Source: Bacteroidia bacterium (lineage in GTDB: Bacteria; Bacteroidota; Bacteroidia; Flavobacteriales; Flavobacteriaceae). Taken from it: DNA of 54,589 nucleotides. The stretch is taken from positions 1 through 54,589 of the forward strand of contig JAHHLF010000141.1 of the NCBI GenBank assembly GCA_018679315.1, read 5' to 3'. This document shows, piece after piece, positions 1-10,744 of this stretch. The notes beneath the pieces are model-generated. The model had not been told where the DNA came from, did not search any database, and saw only the letters and a list, made by a program, of their open reading frames with translations. The first letter of the stretch is position 1, and each line of letters begins with the position of its first letter. The position numbers were made by a program, and so were the translations under genes.

Positions 1-1
1 T

Positions 2-1006
2 CAGGATGTTGCTTTGATTCGGGAGCAAGTACCGAATTTGCGATATATTTCTCCGCGAAATCAGCTCGGAGGATTTCGAGGCACCAATAATGTAGTTCGG
101 GGGATAAAGACTGGGGCTTTCAACGTATATGGGGATTATCCTGAGATCATTAATCAAGATCCCATGAAAATAAGCTCGGGACGCTTTCTCAATCAATTAG
201 ACATTGAGCAAAAACGAAAAATAGCCATTATTGGTGAGGGCGTAAAAAGTAGTTTGTACGATCGGGGAGAAGATCCGCTGGGAACCTACATCAAGATCCA
301 GGGGGTAAATTTTTTGGTCGTCGGCACATATAAAAAAAGGAGTACTGATGGAGATGGGGAAGAAGCACAAAAAGAGATCTATATACCATTTACTGCTTTT
401 TCTCAAGCCTTTAACAGGGCCGATAATGTGGGTTGGATGGCAATTACAGCCAATGACGGTACGTCAATATCACAACTCAAAGAACGTATTGTCGGTGTGA
501 TGAAAGAAAAGCATAAAATTCATCCGGACGACTTACGTGCCATAGGGTATTTTGATCTCTATCAAGAGTATAACAAGGTAGAAAGTCTGTTTGGTGCTAT
601 GCGCGTAATTGCATATTTCGTCGGTATCCTTGTCTTGCTATCCGGAATTATCGGGGTGAGTAATATTATGCTAATTGTGGTCAAAGAGCGAACAAAAGAA
701 ATTGGTATACGCAGGGCCCTGGGAGAGGATCCCTGGTCTATTAAGAAGCAGATCCTACTGGAATCGATCTTCCTGACCTTAATTTCCGGAATGGCCGGAA
801 TAGTCATGGGGGCATTGTTTATATATGGTATCAATGCCATCCTTGATATGAGTGGGCCCGTTGATATGTTTTTGAATCCAAGCGTGAGCCTGGGTGTTGT
901 TAGCGGAGCCTTAGTGATCCTGATGACATCTGGTTTGCTCGCAGGATTTATCCCGGCACAAAGTGCCATAAAAGTGAAACCAATAGACGCTTTGCGAACT
1001 GAATAA
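2..1006 (+). CDS. ABC transporter permease, MacB/FtsX family (N-terminus cut by window edge)
   Basis: The frame is open from nt 2, and the track ORF start at 14 is an internal TTG. It has the C-terminal FtsX signature VKERTKEIGIRRALG followed by TM helices. It aligns by eye along its length with the 4152..5414 paralogue (YI(S/A)PRN, DIEQ.RK, EDP.G.YI.I, HPDD.RA). Confidence 0.85.
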   Translation, partial: QDVALIREQVPNLRYISPRNQLGGFRGTNNVVRGIKTGAFNVYGDYPEIINQDPMKISSGRFLNQLDIEQKRKIAIIGEGVKSSLYDRGEDPLGTYIKIQGVNFLVVGTYKKRSTDGDGEEAQKEIYIPFTAFSQAFNRADNVGWMAITANDGTSISQLKERIVGVMKEKHKIHPDDLRAIGYFDLYQEYNKVESLFGAMRVIAYFVGILVLLSGIIGVSNIMLIVVKERTKEIGIRRALGEDPWSIKKQILLESIFLTLISGMAGIVMGALFIYGINAILDMSGPVDMFLNPSVSLGVVSGALVILMTSGLLAGFIPAQSAIKVKPIDALRTE

Positions 1007-1017
1007 AAAACTATAAA

Positions 1018-2130
1018 ATGAAAAAATCAGTCACCCTAATTATTCTAATTACGATCATCATTGCTTTCGGGGGGGCCATGTACTACCTGTATCAAAAGAA
1101 TTCGGAAGATCCGATCATTTATGAAACTGAAAAACCTTCCACCCAAACAATTATCAGAAAAACGGTTGCAACCGGGAGTATTCTTCCGCTTGAGGAAGTA
1201 CTTATAAAACCAAATATTTCCGGAGTTATAGAAGAGGTATACGTAGAAGGGGGCGATTATGTGAAATCCGGGGATCTGCTGGCCAAGATCAAGGTAGTGC
1301 CTAATTTGAATGCACTTAATGATTCCAGAAACGCGATTGCAGAAGCCAGGATCGCACTAGATGATCAAAAGAGAAACCTGGACAGACAGACAAGTCTGTT
1401 TGATAAAGGAGTGATATCAAAAGTAGACCTTGAACGTGCCCAGGTGAGTTTTGACCAGGCGCGCCAATCGTACAATGCAGCCAATAAGCGATATGATATT
1501 GTAAAAACCGGTACTACAGCAGGATTTCGGAATGCAGCCAATACGCTAATACGCTCCACGGTCACAGGAATGGTCCTGGAGGTTCCTGTAGAAGTTGGAA
1601 ACCAGGTGATAGAAAGCAACAATTTTAATGAAGGAACTACAATTGCGGCTATCGCAGATGTTGAGAAAATGATCTTTGAAGGAAAAGTAGATGAATCTGA
1701 AGTGGGGAAGATCAAAGAAGATCTGCCTTTGGAGATTACTGTAGGAGCAATTGAGAACCAGGTTTTCGATGCTGTCCTTGACTACATTGCCCCGAAGGGA
1801 AATGTGGAGAACGGCGCTATCCAATTTGAGATCAAAGGCACCTTGTCTAAAAAAGATACCGTGTTTATTCGGGCGGGCTTGAGTGCCAATGCGTCCATTA
1901 TCCTGGATAGGGCAGACAGTGTCTTGGCATTAAAGGAAGCACTTATTCAATTTGACCCGGAAACCAAGGCTCCTTTTGTGGAAATTGCCACTGGCGACCA
2001 GGAGTTTGAAAGACGGGATGTGGAATTAGGAATCAGCGACGGGATCTTTGTAGAAGTAAAATCCGGGTTAACTGCGAGTGATAGTGTTAAAGTGTGGAAT
2101 GCTATCAAACCAGAAAACTTCGGTAGTTAG
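1018..2130 (+). CDS. Efflux periplasmic adaptor subunit, HlyD/MacA family (copy 1)
   Basis: It has an N-terminal membrane anchor, a lipoyl-like segment IKPNISGVIEEVYVEGGDYVKSGDLL, a coiled-coil hairpin and a C-terminal barrel. It starts 12 nt after the upstream permease. Confidence 0.88.
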   Translation: MKKSVTLIILITIIIAFGGAMYYLYQKNSEDPIIYETEKPSTQTIIRKTVATGSILPLEEVLIKPNISGVIEEVYVEGGDYVKSGDLLAKIKVVPNLNALNDSRNAIAEARIALDDQKRNLDRQTSLFDKGVISKVDLERAQVSFDQARQSYNAANKRYDIVKTGTTAGFRNAANTLIRSTVTGMVLEVPVEVGNQVIESNNFNEGTTIAAIADVEKMIFEGKVDESEVGKIKEDLPLEITVGAIENQVFDAVLDYIAPKGNVENGAIQFEIKGTLSKKDTVFIRAGLSANASIILDRADSVLALKEALIQFDPETKAPFVEIATGDQEFERRDVELGISDGIFVEVKSGLTASDSVKVWNAIKPENFGS

Positions 2131-2226
2131 GGTATTTTAACATAATATTTACAGCCCCTTTTGTAACAATTTAACAACTTGCGAGTCCTATTACAGGATT
2201 TCAAAATAGCTAATAACGAGCCAACT

Positions 2227-2931
2227 ATGATAGAGATCAAAGACCTTCATAAATCATATCAGATGGGAAGTAATTCCCTTCATGTATTAAAAGGAATAAA
2301 TTTCGAGGTAAAGGAAGGCGAATTGGTCGCGATCATGGGCTCTTCAGGTTCTGGTAAATCTACGCTTCTGAATATTCTGGGGATGCTGGATGTAGCCGAC
2401 GAAGGAGATTATCACCTCGATGGAGTGCCGATCAAGAATATGAATGAAACCAAAGCTGCTCAATACAGGAATAAGTTCCTGGGCTTTATTTTTCAATCTT
2501 TTAATTTGATCAACTACAAAACTGCTTTGGAAAACGTGGCTTTACCCCTGTATTACCAAGGGAAAAGCAGAAAGGTACGCCAAGAAAAAGCAATGAAATA
2601 CCTGGAACAAGTAGGACTTAAAGATTGGTCTCACCATTTACCTAATGAATTGTCAGGTGGACAGAAACAGCGGGTAGCCATTGCCCGTGCTATGGTAGGT
2701 GAACCTAAAGTACTTCTTGCAGATGAGCTTACAGGTGCTTTGGATAGTACTACTTCTTATGAGGTTATGGAATTGATCCAGAAGATCAATGATGAAGGAA
2801 ATACCATTTTAGTTGTAACCCATGAAGTGGATATCGCGCATATGTGTAAGCGCATTGTACATTTAAGGGATGGCATAATTGTCAAAGATGAAAAAATAAA
2901 GCAGAAAAGAGCATCAGAATATGTTCAGTAG
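2227..2931 (+). CDS. ABC transporter ATP-binding protein (MacB/LolD-type ATPase)
   Basis: It carries Walker [13 protein letters not shown] signature LSGGQKQR and Walker B LLADE. The ATG at 2227 ([11 protein letters not shown]) is preferred to the TTG at 2179 used by the ORF track. Confidence 0.93.
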   Translation: MIEIKDLHKSYQMGSNSLHVLKGINFEVKEGELVAIMGSSGSGKSTLLNILGMLDVADEGDYHLDGVPIKNMNETKAAQYRNKFLGFIFQSFNLINYKTALENVALPLYYQGKSRKVRQEKAMKYLEQVGLKDWSHHLPNELSGGQKQRVAIARAMVGEPKVLLADELTGALDSTTSYEVMELIQKINDEGNTILVVTHEVDIAHMCKRIVHLRDGIIVKDEKIKQKRASEYVQ

Positions 2932-4150
2932 AGATACCTGGAAAGAAATATTTATATCCATCCAGAAGAATAAGATGAGAACCTTCCTGGCTGGATTTAC
3001 TGTGGCCCTGGGTATTCTCATTTTTGTTTCCCTGGTAGGACTTTCAAATGGCTTAAAAAATACGTTTGATGAGTTTTTTAGGGATGATGCCACCAATGTA
3101 TTCTTCTTATTTCCCGGACGCACCTCCATGCCTTATAAGGGATATAAATCCAACAGGCAGATTGAATTTGACAATTCGGACCTTGCCGATATTAAAAAGA
3201 CCTTCCCGCAATACCTGGAATATATAACACCCAGGATATCGCGCGGGGCCTTGGTCTCATATAAGGAAGAGTCCAATAATTATACAACGCGTGCTGTAGG
3301 ACCTGGCCATCAGTTTAATGAGAAGACCATTATAATGAAAGGCCGTTATATCAATGAAGAAGATATTAAGAACAAAACCAAATACGCTGTTATTGGCCGT
3401 CTTGTAGAAAAAGATCTTTTTGGAGATAAGAATGCTATGGGGAAATATGTGGATATGGGAGGCAGTGCCTTTAAAGTGATTGGCGTATTTCAGGATGATG
3501 GAGGAGATCGTGAAGAACGGAATATCTATATTCCATATACTACGAGACAATTAATTGAAAAGAATAATGATGAAATAGATCAGATCGTCCTGGCATTCAA
3601 GGAGGAACTCGGCTACGCCGGGGCCATGGCCTTTGAAGTGAGCCTTCGCAAGTTTATCAAAGAAAAAAAATACATCCACCCGGACGATGAGAATGGTTTG
3701 TTCATTCGCAACGTGGCCGATCAATTGCAGCAGAACAATCAATTTGCCAATGTGATCGCCATGGTATTTTCGGTTTTTGCGCTTGGTACGATCATCGCAG
3801 GTATTATTTGTATATCCAATATCATGGTATTTGTTGTCAATGAACGAACCAAAGAATTAGGTATTCGGAAAGCGCTGGGCGCAACACCGCGTTCTGTGAT
3901 CGGAACCATCTTGCTAGAATCTGTTTTCATCACGACAATTTCAGGATATGTGGGCATGCTGATCGGTGTCTTCCTGCTTCGTTCAATAGGTGATAAGCTT
4001 GAGGATTACTTTATAATGAACCCTTATATAGATACAGGATTGGCCATTTTTGCCACTATTATCCTGATAGTTTTTGGTGCTTTAGCGGGATATGTACCTG
4101 CAAGAAGAGCAGCTAAGATCAAACCAATTGTAGCTTTACAAGACAACTAA
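2921..4150 (+). CDS. ABC transporter permease, MacB/FtsX family
   Basis: It has the MacB-type N-terminus (TWKEIFISIQKNKMRTFLAG), a periplasmic domain and the FtsX motif NERTKELGIRKALG plus TM helices. It overlaps the ATPase stop by 11 nt. Confidence 0.9.
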   Translation: MFSRDTWKEIFISIQKNKMRTFLAGFTVALGILIFVSLVGLSNGLKNTFDEFFRDDATNVFFLFPGRTSMPYKGYKSNRQIEFDNSDLADIKKTFPQYLEYITPRISRGALVSYKEESNNYTTRAVGPGHQFNEKTIIMKGRYINEEDIKNKTKYAVIGRLVEKDLFGDKNAMGKYVDMGGSAFKVIGVFQDDGGDREERNIYIPYTTRQLIEKNNDEIDQIVLAFKEELGYAGAMAFEVSLRKFIKEKKYIHPDDENGLFIRNVADQLQQNNQFANVIAMVFSVFALGTIIAGIICISNIMVFVVNERTKELGIRKALGATPRSVIGTILLESVFITTISGYVGMLIGVFLLRSIGDKLEDYFIMNPYIDTGLAIFATIILIVFGALAGYVPARRAAKIKPIVALQDN

Positions 4151-4151
4151 G

Positions 4152-5414
4152 ATGAGACTGTTATTTGACAGAAATACCTGGCAAGAGATCTTCGGTTCTA
4201 TCCGAAAGAATAAGATACGTACGATCATTACAGTGATCGGGGTTTTATGGGGCATCTTCGTCTACATCGCTCTTTCGGGTGCGGCTAAGGGTATGGACAA
4301 CGGATTTGAGCGCTCATTTGAAAACATAGCCATGAATAGTCTTTTTACCTGGGCACAGAATACGAGCATACCCTACGAAGGCTTTAAGACGGGAAGAAGC
4401 CTTCAGCTCAAATTAAATGATGCCAGGGTAATACAAAACAGAATTCCGGAGATCCAATACATTGCCCCTAGAAATGTCAGAGGGGTCTTTGGTGATGCTC
4501 CAGGTGCAATAGTACGAGGAACTAAATCCGGGAGCTATGCGGTTTATGGTGATTTCCCTGTCTTTACTTCAATAGCCACCAAAGAGATCTATGATAACGG
4601 ACGGTTTGTCAATGAAGCAGATATTGAACAGGCGCGAAAGGTATGTGTCATTGGTGAACGTACCCAACAAGAACTTTTTGATAAAGACGAAGATCCAATT
4701 GGTGGATATATCCGAATAGATAACATTTATTTCCAGGTCGTGGGTGTGCACAAATTCACTCAAGGAGGGGGTTTTGGAGGTGATGGAGATATTCATATTC
4801 CATTTACGACCTATAAGAAATTGTATAATACGGGTGAAAATGTAGGCTGGTTCTCTATAGCTGCCTATGACGATGCCGATGTCATACAAGTAGAAAAAGA
4901 TGTGAAATCAGTATTAAAAGGGATACATAGAGTACACCCGGATGACGAAAGAGCTTTTGGTTCTTTCAATTTGGGGGAAATTTTTAACAGGATCATGGGC
5001 TTCTCCAAAGGGCTGACCTTTATCTCTTTGATAGTCGGTGTAGCCACAATTCTTGCCGGTATTATCGGTATTGGAGCCATTCTATTGATATCTGTTAAAG
5101 AACGTACCAAAGAACTTGGAGTTCGCCGTGCCCTGGGTGCGACACCACGAGAGATCCGTTCCTTAATTATATTGGAATGTGTCTTCCTCACAGTTATTTC
5201 CGGTGTAATGGGAATTATCCTGGGAGCAGTAGTATTAAATGTGGTTAACAATGCCACACAAGACATAGATTTCCCTTATACGAATCCAACGGTGCCCATT
5301 CCTTTAGTATTAGGAGCCATGGCGCTTATGGTGATCATGGGTACATTAATTGGGATGATACCGGCGCAGAGAGCTGTCAGTATTCGACCGATAGATGCCC
5401 TGAGGGAAGAATAA
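4152..5414 (+). CDS. ABC transporter permease, MacB/FtsX family
   Basis: The N-terminus is TWQEIFGSIRKNKIRTIITV and the FtsX motif is VKERTKELGVRRALG. It starts 1 nt after the previous stop and is a paralogue of the partial gene at 2..1006. Confidence 0.9.
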   Translation: MRLLFDRNTWQEIFGSIRKNKIRTIITVIGVLWGIFVYIALSGAAKGMDNGFERSFENIAMNSLFTWAQNTSIPYEGFKTGRSLQLKLNDARVIQNRIPEIQYIAPRNVRGVFGDAPGAIVRGTKSGSYAVYGDFPVFTSIATKEIYDNGRFVNEADIEQARKVCVIGERTQQELFDKDEDPIGGYIRIDNIYFQVVGVHKFTQGGGFGGDGDIHIPFTTYKKLYNTGENVGWFSIAAYDDADVIQVEKDVKSVLKGIHRVHPDDERAFGSFNLGEIFNRIMGFSKGLTFISLIVGVATILAGIIGIGAILLISVKERTKELGVRRALGATPREIRSLIILECVFLTVISGVMGIILGAVVLNVVNNATQDIDFPYTNPTVPIPLVLGAMALMVIMGTLIGMIPAQRAVSIRPIDALREE

Positions 5415-5452
5415 ATTCAACCAGAAACAAGAACTAATACAAATAATAGAAA

Positions 5453-6589
5453 ATGAACAAGTTTGTAAAATATGGATTGATCGGTATCCTCGTATTAGGA
5501 GCCATGTGGGCTGCAGCCTTTTTTATAAAGTCTAATGCCAAATCGGCCATCACCTATGAGACGCAAAAGCCTTTTACGTCTTCCATAGAAAAGAAAACAG
5601 TGGCCACCGGGAAAGTGATCCCCGAAGATGAAATTGAGATCAAACCACAGATCTCAGGGATCATTGATAAGATCTACATGGAAGAAGGTGCTCCGGTAAA
5701 AACGGGAGATCTGATCGCTACGATCAAAGTAGTTCCTAATGAACAAGCTTTGAACCAGGCCAGGGGTCGTGTACGTAATGCGGAAATCGCCCTGAGCAAC
5801 ACAGAGATAGAATACAACAGGAATAAGGCCCTGTTTGACAAAGGGGTTATTTCCAGCCAGGATTTCAATAATCTGAAACTACAATATGATCAGGCTGTAC
5901 AGGAATTGAGCAATGCACGGGCAGATTACCAGATCATTCGTCGGGGTTCTGCCGGAGGTTCTGCCAGTGCTAACACCAATATTCGGGCAACGGTAACCGG
6001 AACCATTTTAGAGATCCCGGTTGAAGAAGGAGACCAGGTGATCCAAAGTAACAATTTTAATGACGGAACTACGATCGCTTCTATTGCCGATTTGGGAAAA
6101 ATGATCTTCGAAGGAAAAGTAGACGAAGGGGAAGTAGGGAAGCTCCAACTTGGCATGCCTTTAGAGATCAGCCTTGGTGCGCTGGAAGATCAGAAATTCG
6201 TTGCAGAGCTCAGGTTCATAGCACCAAAAGGTGTTGAAGAAGCAGGCGCCGTACAGTTTAAGATCGAAGGCGATGTGCAGGTCAATGACTCTATTATGAT
6301 CCGTGCCGGATACAGTGCGAATGCTTCTTTGGTATTGGAACGAAAAGATAGCATTATGGTTATTCCGGAAGCCCTGCTTCAGTTTGATAAAGAAACGGAT
6401 GAGCCCTTTGTTGAAGTGGCTACAGGGGAACAGGAGTTTGAACGTAAAGATGTTGAAATTGGGATATCCGATGGTATCAATGTGGAAATAGTTTCCGGAT
6501 TGACCGAAGAAGATGAAGTTAAGATCTGGAAAAAGACGGAACCGATAAAGGCAGGAGAAGAAGACGAGGAAGAAGAGGATAACGCATAG
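5453..6589 (+). CDS. Efflux periplasmic adaptor subunit, HlyD/MacA family (copy 2, acidic C-terminal tail)
   Basis: It is collinear with 1018..2130 (KTVATG, IKVVPN, LFDKGVIS, NNFN.GTTIA.IAD, KMIFEGKVDE.EVGK, FIAPKG, EFER.DVE.GISDG). It ends in AGEEDEEEEDNA. Confidence 0.88.
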   Translation: MNKFVKYGLIGILVLGAMWAAAFFIKSNAKSAITYETQKPFTSSIEKKTVATGKVIPEDEIEIKPQISGIIDKIYMEEGAPVKTGDLIATIKVVPNEQALNQARGRVRNAEIALSNTEIEYNRNKALFDKGVISSQDFNNLKLQYDQAVQELSNARADYQIIRRGSAGGSASANTNIRATVTGTILEIPVEEGDQVIQSNNFNDGTTIASIADLGKMIFEGKVDEGEVGKLQLGMPLEISLGALEDQKFVAELRFIAPKGVEEAGAVQFKIEGDVQVNDSIMIRAGYSANASLVLERKDSIMVIPEALLQFDKETDEPFVEVATGEQEFERKDVEIGISDGINVEIVSGLTEEDEVKIWKKTEPIKAGEEDEEEEDNA

Positions 6590-6652
6590 TAACCAATCAA
6601 GTTGAATTTCTGCAGTCTAAATAAAAGACCGCATACTATCAAAAAACGACTC

Positions 6653-7993
6653 ATGAAAATTAAGATCACTTTAGCCTTATGCCTTTTTGCTATTGTCATT
6701 GGTACGGCACAAGTACGTAAATGGACGCTCGAAGAATGTGTTACCTATGCAGTAGATAACAACCTCACCATTGAGCAATTTGAATTAGACCTGCAGAATG
6801 CCCAGATCGATAGATCGGATGCGCTGGGTAATTTCATCCCTAATCTAAATGGGCAGATAAGTACTTCCGGAAATACAGGGCTTATTTTAGATCCTACTAC
6901 CAATAGCCTGGTTACCGGGACCATTTTCTCTGCTTCAGGAAATGTAACTTCGGGATTGACCTTATTTGACGGATTGCGTAATATCTATCAAATGAACCGG
7001 GCGCGCCTGAATGAAGTTGCCAATCAATACCGCCTGGATAATCTGATAGATGATATCCGATTGAATGTGGCGAATGCCTATTTGCTGGTACTGTCTAATA
7101 AGGAATCGCTAAAAGTATTTGAAGCCCAATTTGCAGTTACCGAACAAGATATGAAGCGTACCAAGGAATTGGTAGATTCCGGAGTGGTGCCCAGAGGAGA
7201 CCTTTTAGAAATAGAAGCCACTGCGGCTAACCAGGAACAGCAAATAGTAGATGGACTGAATCAGGTTACTTTGTCGCTTATTAGCCTTGCACAATTGTTA
7301 CAGATCACAGACTATGAAAATTTTGATATTGCCGATGAGGAGTTTGCTGTACCTACCTCAGATATATTAAATTATTCACCTAAAGTTATTTTTGATAAGG
7401 CCCTTACGTTTAGGAATGATATTAAGTTTTCCGCGGCGAATGTTGATTTGGCCGAAAAGGATCTTCAGATCGCGAGAGGAGCAATCTTTCCAACAATAGG
7501 TGCCTTTATTAACTACAATACCCGTTATTCAGATCAAACATTAGACCCGTTGACTGGGCAGACCATACCCTTCAGAGATCAAGTATACCTCAATGATGGT
7601 ATTTCCTATGGGGCCCAAGTGAACATTCCCATTTTTAATGGTTTCAGTACAGGAAATAATATTAAGCGCTCCCAGATAAGCCTGGAGAAAGCGCGACTTC
7701 AGTTTGAGCAGGATAAATTAGATCTTGAAAACACTATCAACGTGGCTTATGTAGACGTCCAAAGTTTTGCAAAATCCTATGAAGCTGCTCAGAAAACATT
7801 GGAAGCAAGGAAGTTAGCCTATGATTATTCCAAGGAACGCTTCGATGTAGGCCTGATGAACGCTTTTGACTTTAGTCAGGCACAGGCACGTGTAGATAAC
7901 GCTGAAGCAGAAGTGATCCGGACTAAGTATAATTATATTTTCCGGATTAAAGTTTTAGAATTTTACTTCGGTCTGCCCATCACTTTGAACTAG
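6653..7993 (+). CDS. TolC-family outer membrane efflux protein
   Basis: The signal peptide MKIKITLALCLFAIVIGTAQ begins at the ATG at 6653; the track start at 6602 is a TTG. It shows the two-repeat OEP architecture and is the last gene of the efflux cluster. Confidence 0.85.
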   Translation: MKIKITLALCLFAIVIGTAQVRKWTLEECVTYAVDNNLTIEQFELDLQNAQIDRSDALGNFIPNLNGQISTSGNTGLILDPTTNSLVTGTIFSASGNVTSGLTLFDGLRNIYQMNRARLNEVANQYRLDNLIDDIRLNVANAYLLVLSNKESLKVFEAQFAVTEQDMKRTKELVDSGVVPRGDLLEIEATAANQEQQIVDGLNQVTLSLISLAQLLQITDYENFDIADEEFAVPTSDILNYSPKVIFDKALTFRNDIKFSAANVDLAEKDLQIARGAIFPTIGAFINYNTRYSDQTLDPLTGQTIPFRDQVYLNDGISYGAQVNIPIFNGFSTGNNIKRSQISLEKARLQFEQDKLDLENTINVAYVDVQSFAKSYEAAQKTLEARKLAYDYSKERFDVGLMNAFDFSQAQARVDNAEAEVIRTKYNYIFRIKVLEFYFGLPITLN

Positions 7994-8011
7994 CGTATCT
8001 TTGTGGCCATT

Positions 8012-8683
8012 ATGGCCTTGATACTTCATTTAGAAACCGCAACTACCAATTGTTCTGTCAGCCTGGCTGGATCGGGACAATTGTTGCTATTAAAAGAACA
8101 CGCCAGCGCACAATACAGTCATGCTGAGGAGCTTCATTTATTCATACAGCAGGCAATGAATGAAGCAGGTAAAACATTTGACGAACTGGAAGCCGTAGCG
8201 GTAAGTAAAGGCCCGGGTTCTTATACCGGTTTGCGAATTGGGGTTTCGGCTGCTAAAGGATTGTGCTACGCCCTGGATATTCCTTTGATCTCTGTATCTA
8301 CACTTGATTCCTTAGCTCGACAAAAGCAGGGCCGGGAAGGCTATATTATCCCCGTTCTTGATGCCAGGCGAATGGAAGTATATTCGGCAGTATATTCGGC
8401 AGATTATGAACAAGTGAGACAGATCAAAGCAGAGGTTATTGATGAATCTTCCTTCTCTGAATTCCTCGCAAAAGAAACCTGTCACATTATCGGACCCGGA
8501 GCTGAGAAATGTGCAGAGGTGATCAGGCATAAGAATGCAGTCTTCCATATTGAGGCATTGCCTTCAGCCAGTGAAATGATCTCCATAGCATTAGCGAAAT
8601 GGGAATCAACATCTTTTGAAGATGTGGCCTATTTTGAGCCCTTTTACCTCAAAGAATTCATAACGACCGCTAAGCGTCGCTAA
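8012..8683 (+). CDS. tsaB: tRNA threonylcarbamoyladenosine biosynthesis protein TsaB
   Basis: It has LETATTNCSVSL and the GPGSYTGLRIG motif typical of the YeaZ/TsaB family. The ATG at 8012 is preferred to the GTG at 8003. Confidence 0.88.
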   Translation: MALILHLETATTNCSVSLAGSGQLLLLKEHASAQYSHAEELHLFIQQAMNEAGKTFDELEAVAVSKGPGSYTGLRIGVSAAKGLCYALDIPLISVSTLDSLARQKQGREGYIIPVLDARRMEVYSAVYSADYEQVRQIKAEVIDESSFSEFLAKETCHIIGPGAEKCAEVIRHKNAVFHIEALPSASEMISIALAKWESTSFEDVAYFEPFYLKEFITTAKRR

Positions 8684-10694
8684 GTTTTTGCAAGGCCTCC
8701 AAAGGATCTTCAAGGGGTAATTGACATGTGCCGTGTTCACATATATAAAAACGTGTATTTTCATTGTGTGCACGTCCTTTAAAGAGGTCCAGCCCCTCTT
8801 CCGATTCACTGGCAGCTAAAATACTTTGAGGCAGGTAGGAGCTTTGGATCAATTCAGATTTTTGTTTGTAATCTCGTCCGACGACAACAACTTCATGAAA
8901 TGGATAGAGTTCCCAAAGATAAAGTTGCATCCAATTGGCGTACGCTCCTATCGATCTTCCCAATTCAGGTATATGGTTGCGCATTTTAGCATAGATCTCT
9001 TCATAAATGGATAAGGGAAAATATCTGTTTAACTTAAAAGCCACCTGGGCAAGAACAGAATTTGATGAAGGGATCACATTGTCTTCGCGTTCTAAGGTGC
9101 GTCTTATAAGCTTGGCATCATCCGACGAAGTATAATAGAACAAGCCACTCTCAGAATCATAGAACTGCGTTATAAGCTGCTCAAAGATCCCTTTTGATCG
9201 TTCTAACCAACGCAGGTCGAAATTCGCTTCATACAAGGCCAAATAGGCTTCTGCCAATAAGGCATAGTCGTCTGCAAAACCGTGGATAGCCCCTTCAATA
9301 TTAACAGGGGTGCGATACACCCGACCTCCTTTTGATCGGTGATTTGCCTCCAAGTATGCAGCCGTGTCCAAAGCCATGTCAAGCCACTTCGGTTGCCCTA
9401 AGTACCGGTAAGCTTGGGCAAGCCCTTTTATGACAAGTGCATTCCAGGAAGTGAGGATCTTGGAATCCAGTCGGGGAGCACTTCGCTCTCTTCGGATCGA
9501 AAGGAGCGCAACCTTCCAGTTTTGCACCATTTCCCGGAGCTCCTCTTCATTCAATTTCCATTTCTTTGCGAACTCAGCATCACTGGAATTTCGGATAAGG
9601 ACATACTTGCCTTCTTCCCAAAATCCATAATCATTCACATTGTAGTATTCAGCAAAGAACGAAAATTTGTCACCCAGGATCTCTTCTAATTCTTCTTTAG
9701 ACCAGGCATAATAGGCCCCTTCTACAAGTGCACCTTGTGTATCGAGGCTATCTGCATCTAAAGAAGCATAGTATCCGCCATCGGGATGTTTTAGGTCTTT
9801 TTGAAGAAATGAAATGGTATTTTCAACTACCTGTTTGTAATACGAATTTTTTGTTAGGGCATATCCTTTACTATACACACTAAGTAACTGTGCATTATCA
9901 TAGAGCATTTTCTCAAAATGAGGCACATGCCACCTCATATCTACACTATATCGGGCAAAGCCGCCTGCAAGCTGGTCCTGCAGTCCACCATAGGCCATTC
10001 GCGTCAACGTTGTATTGAGGTAGTCCAGTGCTTCTTCCTTTCCGCTAACCCAATAGTAGTTCATCAGGAATTCCAGATTGACTGGCATCATGAATTTTGG
10101 CGCCCTATTGTAGCCACCGAATTCCGGATCCATACGTTGTATCCAGTTTTCGATCGCCTCCTCAATAGAATTTTTTTGTGGCAAATTTGATTTTTGCGCG
10201 GCAGGCTGATTAATTGACAAGAGACCCTGCGTTAGGTCTTCTGCATATTGGATCACCTTGGCCGGGTCATCTTTATAAAGCTGGGCTAATTGTGAGATCG
10301 TATGAAGCCATCTGTCTTTGGGGACATATGTTGCACCCCAGAAGGGCCGGCCATCGGGCAAAGCGATCACATTTAATGGCCATCCGCCAGATCCGGTCAT
10401 TAGCTGTAAGGCATCCATATAGATCTGGTCAACATCCGGCCTTTCTTCCCGGTCTACCTTAATATTGATAAAATGAGCATTCATTACTTCTGCTACTTGC
10501 TCATCCTCAAAACATTCTTTTTCCATGACATGACACCAATGGCAAGCTGCATAGCCAATACTGATCAATATTAGTTTTTCCTCTGTTTTGGCCCTGGACA
10601 ACTGACCCTCCTTCCAGCCAACCCAATTCACGGGATTATGTGCGTGTTGGAGTAAATATGGACTCGATTCATGTATCAATTCATTCGTATGCAT
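8670..10694 (-). CDS. Thioredoxin-domain protein, DUF255/YyaL family
   Basis: The N-terminus is SPYLLQHAHNPVNW...ISIGYAACHWCHVM (thioredoxin-like CxxC). It is followed by a long alpha/alpha-toroid-like region, 674 aa in total. Confidence 0.85.
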   Translation of the reverse strand: MHTNELIHESSPYLLQHAHNPVNWVGWKEGQLSRAKTEEKLILISIGYAACHWCHVMEKECFEDEQVAEVMNAHFINIKVDREERPDVDQIYMDALQLMTGSGGWPLNVIALPDGRPFWGATYVPKDRWLHTISQLAQLYKDDPAKVIQYAEDLTQGLLSINQPAAQKSNLPQKNSIEEAIENWIQRMDPEFGGYNRAPKFMMPVNLEFLMNYYWVSGKEEALDYLNTTLTRMAYGGLQDQLAGGFARYSVDMRWHVPHFEKMLYDNAQLLSVYSKGYALTKNSYYKQVVENTISFLQKDLKHPDGGYYASLDADSLDTQGALVEGAYYAWSKEELEEILGDKFSFFAEYYNVNDYGFWEEGKYVLIRNSSDAEFAKKWKLNEEELREMVQNWKVALLSIRRERSAPRLDSKILTSWNALVIKGLAQAYRYLGQPKWLDMALDTAAYLEANHRSKGGRVYRTPVNIEGAIHGFADDYALLAEAYLALYEANFDLRWLERSKGIFEQLITQFYDSESGLFYYTSSDDAKLIRRTLEREDNVIPSSNSVLAQVAFKLNRYFPLSIYEEIYAKMRNHIPELGRSIGAYANWMQLYLWELYPFHEVVVVGRDYKQKSELIQSSYLPQSILAASESEEGLDLFKGRAHNENTRFYICEHGTCQLPLEDPLEALQKLSDA

Positions 10695-10744
10695 GTGAAG
10701 GACTATATCTTAAATGTAGGAATTAAATTATCCGCCATAAGCTG

